Positions 48,932-57,790 are shown, numbered from the stretch's first letter. The stretch is 57,944 bases of DNA from an uncultured Pseudomonadales bacterium (GCA_964648715.1 CAZYNM010000008.1:1-57944), one strand, 5' to 3'. Notes: generated by a model from the sequence alone, not told the origin. A program made the numbers and translations.

Positions 48932-49741
48932 ATGTTTCCAGAACTTCTACACGCGGGTCCCTTCGTTGTGCGTACACTGAGTGTGGCTACTGGCCTTGCA
49001 TTTTGTGTCATTAGCTTCTTATTTTGGCGTAAAGGAAGAGAAGAACACTATGAACTTGCCGAACTATTTGACAGCTATTTCGTAGCCTGGTTTTTAGGTT
49101 TCCTAGTAGCACGAGGTACGTATGTGGCACTTCATCAAGATATATTTGGTCTCAGTGTGGGTAAGTGGTTTGACATTGTCACATATCCAGGTGTTCACGG
49201 TCTCATATGCCTGCTTGTAGCAGGACTGTACCTCTTCTGGCAAGCACACGCTCAAGAATGGGATGCATATGAAGTGTTAGATTTCTTTAGTCTTGCCATT
49301 GCTCATGGCTTGAGTATTGTATTTCTTGGACAGTTTTTTGATGGAAGTGGGATGGGCACTGCTACCCAGCTTCCCGTAGGAATTGTGTTTCCCGGAGTAC
49401 AGGGTGCCCATCATCCTGTACAACTCTATCTAGCTGTAGTTTTTCTCATCATAGCCAGAGTACTAGCTAGAGTAGAGTATCGGTACCGCACCTATGAATG
49501 GTATCGAGCAGGTAAAAAAACTGCGCAGACTGGCTTTCTTGTGTCATTGTTCCTACTTTCCAGCGGTAGTGCGCTTTTTATAGTTAGCTTTTTCCGTTCT
49601 GCTGTATACTCAGTGGCGGGAATAGGTCTTGATTCTCTTCTGGCAGGAATTCTTTTTTGTGTTGGTTCATGGATGTTGTTCACTCGATCTGGACGCGGCA
49701 TGCAAAAAAAGAAAATACCCACATATGAAGCTAGCGTATAG
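48932..49741 (+). CDS. lgt: Prolipoprotein diacylglyceryl transferase-like (divergent)
   Basis: MFPELL..GPF start, HG, HPVQLY, multiple TMs; next to lspA. Confidence 0.75.
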   Translation: MFPELLHAGPFVVRTLSVATGLAFCVISFLFWRKGREEHYELAELFDSYFVAWFLGFLVARGTYVALHQDIFGLSVGKWFDIVTYPGVHGLICLLVAGLYLFWQAHAQEWDAYEVLDFFSLAIAHGLSIVFLGQFFDGSGMGTATQLPVGIVFPGVQGAHHPVQLYLAVVFLIIARVLARVEYRYRTYEWYRAGKKTAQTGFLVSLFLLSSGSALFIVSFFRSAVYSVAGIGLDSLLAGILFCVGSWMLFTRSGRGMQKKKIPTYEASV

Positions 49742-50129
49742 CACTTATTTGCTTTTCAGTGTTTTCATCGTTTTTTTTGTTGATCAGGCTAGTAAAAAGT
49801 GGGCTGATTCTCAGGGTTGGATAGTTTTGAATCCAGGAGTTTCCTTTGGTTTTCTTTCTAATGGTTCACCTGTAGTACACGTCTTTGTTGTGGCGAGTGT
49901 ACTTTGCGGTACGTGGGCGATTTTGCGGTCACAGAAGCTTCCAGCTTGGTGGTGGGGTGCACTTGGTGGTGCTGCAGTAAGCAACCTGTTTGATCGTAGT
50001 ATGTATCATGCTGTTCAAGATTGGCTACCGTTACCCTATACATCGATCACCAATAATCTGGCCGATTGGGTGATTTGCCTGTGCCTGGTTTGGCTTTGTG
50101 TGAAGGAGTATCGTACAATACGCTCATGA
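49725..50129 (+). CDS. lspA: Lipoprotein signal peptidase II
   Basis: DQASK, NPGVSFG, SNLFDR, V.DW, NLAD. Confidence 0.85.
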   Translation: MKLAYSTYLLFSVFIVFFVDQASKKWADSQGWIVLNPGVSFGFLSNGSPVVHVFVVASVLCGTWAILRSQKLPAWWWGALGGAAVSNLFDRSMYHAVQDWLPLPYTSITNNLADWVICLCLVWLCVKEYRTIRS

Positions 50130-50974
50130 TGGTTCCTGTTATTTACGAAGATGAAGATCTTATTGTTTTCAATAAACCACCGGGTTGTGTGGTCAATGAA
50201 GCTGAATCAACACACGGGGAAACCCTGCAAGCTTGGCAGAGAACTGTCCTGGACTTTTTGCAACCTGCAGAAGACTGGTTCCCTCTAGTGCCACAGAATT
50301 TCTCACTTGACTATGGTACGCCAGAAGAAATTTTCGCTGAACGAGCAGGTATGGTGCATAGACTGGATAAAGATACCAGTGGTGCCATTCTTTTTGCCAA
50401 AAATCCTGGCAGTTTAGTCAACCTGCTTGCACAGTTCCGTGATCGTACAGTTCACAAAGAATATCTTGCTTTGACTCATGGTACTTTTCAGACAGATCAC
50501 GAAGTAGTGAAGCTGCCCATTGGTCGTGCTACGGGGGAGAATAGGCAGCGGTTTCAAGTGACTGTGCAAGGACGTCCTGCAGAAACAGAGATCACTCGGG
50601 TTGGGGAATACTGTATGTCGTTTGAAGAGTTGCTTCCAGCCTTAGATGCAAGAGGAATGCGAAGAGGAAGAAGCGATGCACAGCTCGAAAAAGAGTACAG
50701 TACCTATGGCCAGTTCACCTTGGTACGCTGTCATCCAAAAACTGGAAGAACACACCAAATTAGAGTCCACTGTGCCTATTTGCAACATCCGTTGGTGTCA
50801 GATTACATGTACGGTGGGAGAAAAGTCCCTCTTGATATGTTGTGGTGTCCACGTCAGTTTCTCCATGCAGCAACCCTGCGGTGTACCCACCCACGCACAG
50901 GTGTAGTGCTGACCTTTGAAGCACCCCTCTGGGCAGATCTCGAAACTGCTCTTGGTTCACTTATCAAAACATAA
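50126..50974 (+). CDS. RluA-family pseudouridine synthase
   Basis: NKPPG, HRLDKDTSG, TGRTHQIRVH, QFLHA. Confidence 0.95.
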   Translation: MMVPVIYEDEDLIVFNKPPGCVVNEAESTHGETLQAWQRTVLDFLQPAEDWFPLVPQNFSLDYGTPEEIFAERAGMVHRLDKDTSGAILFAKNPGSLVNLLAQFRDRTVHKEYLALTHGTFQTDHEVVKLPIGRATGENRQRFQVTVQGRPAETEITRVGEYCMSFEELLPALDARGMRRGRSDAQLEKEYSTYGQFTLVRCHPKTGRTHQIRVHCAYLQHPLVSDYMYGGRKVPLDMLWCPRQFLHAATLRCTHPRTGVVLTFEAPLWADLETALGSLIKT

Positions 50975-51016
50975 CTCGCTACTTTTTTTTTGCGCATGAG
51001 TTGTGTAGCATAGAGT

Positions 51017-51640
51017 ATGGAGCAAAAATCACGCAGATTCTCCTTTCCCCAAGATCCCATTACCTATTTGTGTCCAAGTTGGGATGACCTGACCACGTAT
51101 TGTTGCGCGCTAACTGACTCGCTAGAGGGTAGTACATGTGATGTCGTGGTCAGTCTCGCCAAAGGAGGTTGGCCACTTTCTCGGATGTATGCAGATTGTG
51201 CAGGTGTGAGAGAGCTCTATAGCCTGGGTGTGAAGTTCTACACTGGCATTGATGAGCAAGCAGTTGCTCCTGTGGTGTATCAAGATATTGATCCTATTCT
51301 CATTGCGGGCAAGACAGTGCTCCTCTTTGATGATATTGCCGACTCTGGTCATTCACTCCGTTTTGCGACATCACATCTACTTTCGTTGGGAGCAAGCAAG
51401 GTTGTTTCAGTCGTGATTTATTACAAACCACGGTCTGTGGTGAAGCCAGATCACTACTGTGCAGAAACAACCGATTGGGTGATCTTTCCCTTTGAAGTGT
51501 TTGAGACGTGCCAGCAACTCAGCCAGCGATGGGCAAAACTAGGTATTCCAGAAGAGACACAGCGTGACTATCTCCTAAGGTTGGGGATAGCAGAGCAGTG
51601 GATTAGTAAGTATCAAAAGGAGGTTGACAAGCATATATGA
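51017..51640 (+). CDS. Purine phosphoribosyltransferase (Hpt/Gpt-like)
   Basis: AKGG, VLLFDDIADSGHSL, WVIFPFE. Confidence 0.85.
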   Translation: MEQKSRRFSFPQDPITYLCPSWDDLTTYCCALTDSLEGSTCDVVVSLAKGGWPLSRMYADCAGVRELYSLGVKFYTGIDEQAVAPVVYQDIDPILIAGKTVLLFDDIADSGHSLRFATSHLLSLGASKVVSVVIYYKPRSVVKPDHYCAETTDWVIFPFEVFETCQQLSQRWAKLGIPEETQRDYLLRLGIAEQWISKYQKEVDKHI

Positions 51641-51652
51641 TGCGTATACAAT
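51624..51652 (+). promoter_or_regulatory. Near-consensus sigma70 promoter for guaB leader
   Basis: TTGACA-17 nt-TACAAT. Confidence 0.8.
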
Positions 51653-51668
51653 ATATCCTATAGAAAAT

Positions 51669-51775
51669 ATGCGAGAGCACCTTCGTTGCTTTCGCTCCCA
51701 AGTAACAAAACTATTCATGTAACCTCAACATGAATAGGGAAACCAAGTAGAGCAGAAAGTAAGGGAGGTGTTTTT
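51669..51775 (+). promoter_or_regulatory. Structured guaB leader with 17-aa uORF
   Basis: 9-bp and 10-bp hairpins, alternative CACCTTC/GGAGGTG pairing before T5; uORF 51669-51722. Confidence 0.55.
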
Positions 51776-51875
51776 GTATAATATGACTAAATAATCAATC
51801 CATTCCTTGTGTTGTTTTTCTCAATTTTTCAGAAAACGTTTATTCGTATTTTGTATAAAGTAAAAAGGTACATTT

Positions 51876-53033
51876 ATGATTCATTCTATTTCAGATTTAG
51901 CACAGATCCCCATTTATCTTACCTATGACGATGTTTTGCTTAAGCCCGGTTTTTCTGACTTCTCACGTCAAGACATAACTACTAAAACACGTCTTTCTAA
52001 AAACGTATTTCTTGATCTTCCTTTGGTCGCAGCGCCAATGGATACCGTCGTTGAGGCACGATTAGCAAGTGCGCTTGCTCAGAAGGGCGGCATTGGCATC
52101 ATGCATCGCAATATGTCTATTGCAGATCAAGCTAGTCAGGTACAACAAGTCAGCAGTCAGAACCTGCAAGTAGGCGCGGCAGTAGGGTACACAGAAGGAT
52201 ATCTTGAGCGAGCATTAGCATTAGTACAAGCTAATGTAACTGTGTTACTCATTGATTCAGCCCATGGTGCATGTACTCCTATGGTAAATGCTATTCGAGA
52301 ACTCAAAAAAAACTATCCACATATTGATATTATTGCTGGAAACGTAGCTACCTATGAGGGCGCACGGGTTCTTATTGAAGCAGGTGCCGATGCAATTCGT
52401 GTAGGGATGGGTCCAGGCGCAATATGCACAACACGCATTATTTCTGGCATGGGGGTGCCACAGCTTTCAGCACTAGTTGATACTGTTCGAGCAGGTAGAG
52501 AGCACAATGTGCCAATTATTGCTGATGGTGGCATCAAGTATTCTGGAGACATGGTTAAAGCATTAGCTGTTGGTGCAGAGACAGTTATGATGGGTAGTTA
52601 CTTTGCTTCTAGTGTCGAGTCACCAGGAGAGTTGGTAACGTTGAAAGCACATGAGCTTCCTGAGAAATTTAAACATTTAATTAAACCAGGACAAAATGAA
52701 TATCACTTTAAAACATATCGTGGCATGGGATCTGAAGCGGCAATGAAGAAGGGAGCCGAAATAAAGTCAGAAGATGAGTTTCACGGTAAGCAGTATGGTA
52801 AGGATCGTGTGCTTGTGGCCGAAGGTGTGGAAGCGTTAGTACCTATCAAGGGTACTGTCGCAGAGCTAGTTGATCAGGCACTTGGTGGAATTAAATCCGG
52901 TATGTATTATGTAGGAGGAAGAACAATTGCAGAGCTTCAAGAGACTGCACAGTTCTTACGTATTACCGATGCTTCTCTTAAGGAAAGTCATCCACACAGC
53001 CTAGTTATTACAAATGCTGGAAAAAATTATTAA
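51876..53033 (+). CDS. guaB: IMP dehydrogenase/GMP reductase family, no CBS domain
   Basis: [34 protein letters not shown]. Confidence 0.9.
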   Translation: MIHSISDLAQIPIYLTYDDVLLKPGFSDFSRQDITTKTRLSKNVFLDLPLVAAPMDTVVEARLASALAQKGGIGIMHRNMSIADQASQVQQVSSQNLQVGAAVGYTEGYLERALALVQANVTVLLIDSAHGACTPMVNAIRELKKNYPHIDIIAGNVATYEGARVLIEAGADAIRVGMGPGAICTTRIISGMGVPQLSALVDTVRAGREHNVPIIADGGIKYSGDMVKALAVGAETVMMGSYFASSVESPGELVTLKAHELPEKFKHLIKPGQNEYHFKTYRGMGSEAAMKKGAEIKSEDEFHGKQYGKDRVLVAEGVEALVPIKGTVAELVDQALGGIKSGMYYVGGRTIAELQETAQFLRITDASLKESHPHSLVITNAGKNY

Positions 53034-53034
53034 T

Positions 53035-54933
53035 ATGCACGCAAACACTTCCAAAGTTGCTATTCTTGATGCCGGTGCTCAGTATGCCAAAGTCATAGAT
53101 CGGCGGGTACGGGAGCTTGGTGTTGAGTCAGTCCTGCTCCCTCTAAATACGCCAGCAGCACAGCTGGCTGGATATGGTGCAATCATCATCTCTGGAGGAC
53201 CACAGAGTGTCTACTCCGTTGATGCACCTGCCTATGATCGTGCCATGCTGCAACTCAAAGTTCCATTTTTAGGTATTTGTTATGGTATGCAGCTCATGGT
53301 TCATGCAAGTGGTGGTGTAGTTGAAAAAAAAGCACGTCGCGAAGATGGACCATGCAATATTTCTGTACAACCGGAAAGTGCGCTTTTTCGCGGACTTATT
53401 CCTGAGCAAATGGTTCTTATGAGCCATGGTGACAGTGTGAGTAAGCTTCCTGAGGGATATGTAGTTACTGCAGAGTCACAAGGAATTATTGCAGCCATTG
53501 AGTGTGCTGCAACTCAACGTTATGGGGTTCAATTTCACCCAGAAGTTGATCTGACTGTAAATGGTAATCGTATCATTGAAAACTTCATATGTAGTATTGC
53601 CGCTCTGCCCAGAACCTACACAGTGCATGATCGGCAAGCAAAGGCACTTGAATACATACAATCAACAGTAGGAACAGGAAAAGTCTTACTTCTAGTAAGT
53701 GGTGGCGTAGACTCAAGTGTATGCGCTGCGCTTATCCGAAAAGCATTGCCTCCAGAACAGATCATTGCTGTCCATATTGACAGTGGCATGATGCGTAAAG
53801 GTGAAAGCGCACAGGTTGCAGCGGCCTTGCGTGCTCAGGGTGTTCCACTCACGGTGATAAATGCTGCAGCAGACTTTTTTGCTGCAACGACTGTCATGCA
53901 TGGGAAAGTGATTGGTCCATTGCATACAGTCTTAGAGCCACAACATAAACGTCAAATTATTGGTGACACGTTTATCAAAGTAGTTGAGAACTACTTGCAG
54001 GAACTCAACTTGGATTTGGACACCGTATTTTTGGCGCAGGGCACGCTACGTCCAGACCTTATTGAAAGTGCATCCACACACATAAGTAGCACAGCCAGTG
54101 TTATCAAGACACATCATAATGACACTGAAATTGTCAGAGCATTGCGTGCGCGAGGACGCGTCATTGAGCCACTTGCAGAGTATCACAAAGATGAGGTCAG
54201 GGTATTAGGTGAAGAGTTGGGACTACCTCATGAAATGGTGTGGAGACAACCATTTCCTGGCCCTGGTTTGGGTATTAGAATCTTGTGTGCCACTGAGCCC
54301 TATCTTACTTCAGAATACTCAGCTATCCTTAAGAATTTACAAGTGCACGTCCCTAAGAAATATGCTGTTACTGTACTTCCGGTACGGACTGTGGGTGTAC
54401 AAGGAGATGGTAGAACATATAGCTATGTTGCAGCACTTAGCTGTGAGCGTGATGCACTGAGCTTTGCACCAGTAGAGTGGGAAGAGATTATTAATTTAGC
54501 TCGAGAACTGCCTAAGTATGTGCATCAAATTAATAGAGTTGTCTGGATGTTCGGAGCACCAGTGTCAGTGTCAGTTACCAGTATTACGCCAACGCTCCTC
54601 ACTCCTGATACCGTTGCTCAACTACAAATACCAGATGCTATTGTTTCTCAAGCAATCATACGTCACAATCTGGGCACTGTTTTGAGTCAAGTACCGGTGA
54701 TACTTGTGCCTGTGGACTGTGAAGCACCGAATCATCAAGGTGGACGTTGTATTACTATTCGTACATTTATTACCAATGACTTTATGACTGGGATACCTGC
54801 AACACCAGGTAAAGAATTGCCACTTGAAGCACTCAAAGAGATGGTAACAGAGGTGGAAGCTCAGACACCAGGAATATCTCGAGTATTATACGATCTTACG
54901 TCAAAGCCACCTGGCACTACAGAATGGGAGTAG
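53035..54933 (+). CDS. guaA: GMP synthase (long form)
   Basis: LDAGAQY, GICYG, QFHPE, SGGVDS, PFPGPGL, KPPGTTEWE. Confidence 0.97.
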   Translation: MHANTSKVAILDAGAQYAKVIDRRVRELGVESVLLPLNTPAAQLAGYGAIIISGGPQSVYSVDAPAYDRAMLQLKVPFLGICYGMQLMVHASGGVVEKKARREDGPCNISVQPESALFRGLIPEQMVLMSHGDSVSKLPEGYVVTAESQGIIAAIECAATQRYGVQFHPEVDLTVNGNRIIENFICSIAALPRTYTVHDRQAKALEYIQSTVGTGKVLLLVSGGVDSSVCAALIRKALPPEQIIAVHIDSGMMRKGESAQVAAALRAQGVPLTVINAAADFFAATTVMHGKVIGPLHTVLEPQHKRQIIGDTFIKVVENYLQELNLDLDTVFLAQGTLRPDLIESASTHISSTASVIKTHHNDTEIVRALRARGRVIEPLAEYHKDEVRVLGEELGLPHEMVWRQPFPGPGLGIRILCATEPYLTSEYSAILKNLQVHVPKKYAVTVLPVRTVGVQGDGRTYSYVAALSCERDALSFAPVEWEEIINLARELPKYVHQINRVVWMFGAPVSVSVTSITPTLLTPDTVAQLQIPDAIVSQAIIRHNLGTVLSQVPVILVPVDCEAPNHQGGRCITIRTFITNDFMTGIPATPGKELPLEALKEMVTEVEAQTPGISRVLYDLTSKPPGTTEWE

Positions 54934-54973
54934 TCCAAAAAAGGTGTAGGTATATCCCACTAGAAAAAATCAT

Positions 54974-55996
54974 ATGACAGCACATCTACCAGTTAGTTCA
55001 GAAAATATTTCTTTTTTGGAAAGTGTTGAACTTACAGAACTACATGCTCACCTGGGGGCGGCACTTTCGGCGACCGAATTGTGGGAGATGGCGCATGACC
55101 AGGGTTTGAAACTACCAACAAAAGATTATCGGCAGTTTGAACGATTAGTGAATGTTTATGAGGCCAAGGATTTTGAAGAGCAATTAAAGATATTTGATTT
55201 GACGGAAAAAATACAATCATCACCAGAGGCTATGTTCCATGCACTGCAGCATGTGATTTCTGAAGCATACAGAAAAAATAATATTACAACTCTGGAGCTA
55301 CGATTTAATCCCATTTTTCGTTGCCAAGACGGTGAACGTGATATGGATCATATTTTAGTATTTGCACTTCAAGGCATGGAGCGAGCACAGCTCAAGTATG
55401 GTGTGCGGGCCGGACTTATTTTATGTATGGATCGTCGGCTATCATTAGAAAAAAATACTGCCATCGTAAAAAAAGCAATTAAGTACAAAGACCGCGGTGT
55501 GGTAGGCATTGATTTGGCTGGTCCTGTTCTTCGCAGCGAACAAAGTCAAACATTCCGACCACGTGATATTGCACACTTGGCGGCAGAAGCACGAGCGGCA
55601 GGATTAGGAGTAACATTTCATACTGGCGAAGTAACAGGTGTCGATGAGATGTGGGAGGTAGTCAAAGAAGTACAACCAGACAGAATAGGGCATGGTATTG
55701 CCTGTGTAAAAGATGAATCACTCATGGTAGAGCTTCGTGAGAAAAATATTGTTCTTGAATTGTGTCCAAGCTCGAACATCCACACTAAAGTACTGCAAGA
55801 TTATGATGCGGTAAGAGATGTGTTTGTCCAGATTAAGAAACATGGTGTTCCCTACACAATTAATACTGACTGGCCAGCTACTTTAGGCCTTTCGCTCCGA
55901 CAGCAAATAGCACAATTATTGGAGCATAATGTAATTAACAAAGAAGATGTGTTGCAGGCTAATGCAGTTGCCGTGAATGCATCGTTCATAGAATAA
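54974..55996 (+). CDS. add: Adenosine deaminase family
   Basis: ELHAHL, HTGE, RIGHG, LCPSSN, NTD. Confidence 0.88.
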   Translation: MTAHLPVSSENISFLESVELTELHAHLGAALSATELWEMAHDQGLKLPTKDYRQFERLVNVYEAKDFEEQLKIFDLTEKIQSSPEAMFHALQHVISEAYRKNNITTLELRFNPIFRCQDGERDMDHILVFALQGMERAQLKYGVRAGLILCMDRRLSLEKNTAIVKKAIKYKDRGVVGIDLAGPVLRSEQSQTFRPRDIAHLAAEARAAGLGVTFHTGEVTGVDEMWEVVKEVQPDRIGHGIACVKDESLMVELREKNIVLELCPSSNIHTKVLQDYDAVRDVFVQIKKHGVPYTINTDWPATLGLSLRQQIAQLLEHNVINKEDVLQANAVAVNASFIE

Positions 55997-56005
55997 CCGC
56001 TCCTG

Positions 56006-56014
56006 TGGTATAGT
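56006..56014 (+). promoter_or_regulatory. Extended -10 for glyA leader
   Basis: TGGTATAGT, 6 nt before an ATG. Confidence 0.7.
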
Positions 56015-56020
56015 AGATGC

Positions 56021-56071
56021 ATGATTAAGTCACCCAACGCGTTCCAGCTTTCGTTCTCCACGTTGTTCTAG
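56021..56071 (+). CDS. Putative leader peptide MIKSPNAFQLSFSTLF
   Basis: ATG at leaderless spacing; 3' end forms the left arm of an SD-sequestering hairpin. Confidence 0.55.
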   Translation: MIKSPNAFQLSFSTLF

Positions 56072-56111
56072 ACATGAAGTATTTCATGTAGTAGAACAAT
56101 CCAGAGGAGAA
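56054..56111 (+). promoter_or_regulatory. SD-sequestering hairpin upstream of glyA
   Basis: TTCTCC/GGAGAA, TTGTTCTA/TAGAACAA and ACATGAA/TTCATGT nested stems. Confidence 0.65.
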
Positions 56112-56117
56112 TTATTC

Positions 56118-57431
56118 ATGTCAGATAGTATTTTTTCAATAATACGTAAAGAAGAACAGCGTCAGATTAATAAAATTGGGCTGATTCCTTCAGAAAATAA
56201 CACATCACCTGCAGTCTCAGCAGTGTTGTCATCATGCCTTTCTAATAAATATGCAGAAGGCTATCCAGGCAGACGTTACTATGAAGGCAACCAATTTGTT
56301 GATGAAGTAGAAATAGCAGCTATTGAGCGCGTCAAGAAATTGTTTGGGGTCCCGTACGTTAACGTCCAGCCGTACTCTGGCAGTCCAGCAAATTTTGCTA
56401 TTTATTTTGCCTTAATGAAACCAGGTGAAACACTCATGGGCCTCAAGTTGTCTATGGGTGGTCATTTAACCCATGGGCACCCTGATGTGACAGCATCAGG
56501 TCGTTTTTACACCTCGGTCCAGTATGGTGTACGGGAAGACGCTCGTATTGACTTTGACCAGGTAGAAGAGCTGGCAAAAAAACACAAACCAAAAGTGATT
56601 GTGGCAGGAAACACGGCTTATCCTTTTGAACTAGATTTCAAAAAGTTCCGTAAAATTGCTGATGCTGTGGGTGCGTGGTTAGTTGCTGACATCTCTCACG
56701 TAACTGGCTTGGTGATTGGGGGAGAGCATGTGAGTCCTGTGCCGTATGCTGATGTCATCATGTCAACTACCCACAAGACATTCCGTGGCCCACGTGGCGC
56801 CATGATTCTGGTCACTGAACGTGGACTTAAAAAAGATCCAGATCTGGGAAAGAAAATTGATGCTGCTATTATACCGGGCTTACAAGGTGGGCCACACAAT
56901 GCCACCAGTGCCGGTATTGCTATTGCAGCAGCAGAAGCCGCAACACCCAAGTTTAAGAAGTACGTACACCAGATTCGGCTCAATGCCGATGCACTGGCAG
57001 ATGAACTGAAGAAGCAAGGACTTACATTGGTAGGTGATGGTACAGAGACCCACCTTATGGTGGTTGATCTCACGCCGTTTGGCATTGGGCTTGGTACCCA
57101 AGTAGCATTTGCCCTTGATGTGGCTGGTATCTATGCCAACAGAAATACCGTGCCTACAGAAAAAGGTTCGCCATTTTATCCATCAGGATTACGTGTGGGT
57201 ACACCTCTGGTGACAACCCGTGGCATGAAAGAAAAAGAAATGCGTGCTATTGCACGATGGATAGCGCAAGTTGCCAAACATGTGGCACAAGAGCAGCTTC
57301 CTACAGATGCCAAAGAGCGTCAAGCATTTTTGAAAGCATTCCGGCTCAAAGCCGCTAAAGACAAAGTGCTTTTGCAGATTGCCCGTGAAGTTAAAGCGAT
57401 GGCGAGTACATTTCCTCTCTTTAAGGGGTAG
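56118..57431 (+). CDS. glyA: Serine hydroxymethyltransferase
   Basis: LIPSEN, NKYAEGYPG.RYY, GGHLTHG, TTHKTFRGPRG. Confidence 0.98.
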   Translation: MSDSIFSIIRKEEQRQINKIGLIPSENNTSPAVSAVLSSCLSNKYAEGYPGRRYYEGNQFVDEVEIAAIERVKKLFGVPYVNVQPYSGSPANFAIYFALMKPGETLMGLKLSMGGHLTHGHPDVTASGRFYTSVQYGVREDARIDFDQVEELAKKHKPKVIVAGNTAYPFELDFKKFRKIADAVGAWLVADISHVTGLVIGGEHVSPVPYADVIMSTTHKTFRGPRGAMILVTERGLKKDPDLGKKIDAAIIPGLQGGPHNATSAGIAIAAAEAATPKFKKYVHQIRLNADALADELKKQGLTLVGDGTETHLMVVDLTPFGIGLGTQVAFALDVAGIYANRNTVPTEKGSPFYPSGLRVGTPLVTTRGMKEKEMRAIARWIAQVAKHVAQEQLPTDAKERQAFLKAFRLKAAKDKVLLQIAREVKAMASTFPLFKG

Positions 57432-57446
57432 AGCGCACTGGGTGCA

Positions 57447-57767
57447 TTACGGCAGCGAGCCTTTTGAGTCTAACTCGACTGTAGCTCCAATACCTTCAAG
57501 CACTTGTCGTGCTAGTCTTAAGCAGTATGCGGCTCTAGTTCCAACAAGTACAACAGTGTCACCAGCGTCAACATTTTCTTTTAATGTGGGAAAGCCAGTA
57601 CTGGGTGGTTCTTCAATGTGGATAACATTTTCTGGCGCGAAGGTTTCCGTTAATTGATCTATTCTTTGCAATGCTGCAGTAATGTGCTGTCTAGGCAAGG
57701 GTGGCTTATCGCTTTGGCCCCAGCTTTCCATATAAGATCTATGAACTATGGCAAGCTTTTCACTCAT
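57447..57767 (-). CDS. Small protein resembling the isochorismatase/cysteine hydrolase fold
   Basis: TVVLVGTRAAYCL...GATV; TGTTATACT upstream. Confidence 0.5.
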   Translation of the reverse strand: MSEKLAIVHRSYMESWGQSDKPPLPRQHITAALQRIDQLTETFAPENVIHIEEPPSTGFPTLKENVDAGDTVVLVGTRAAYCLRLARQVLEGIGATVELDSKGSLP

Positions 57768-57790
57768 ACTTAAGTATAACAGGCAGTTTT

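Noticed and set aside
51659-51875. Canonical purine, ZTP or ykkC-type riboswitch before guaB
   Set aside because: Core consensus strings were not found by eye; kept only as an unclassified leader pending an Infernal search
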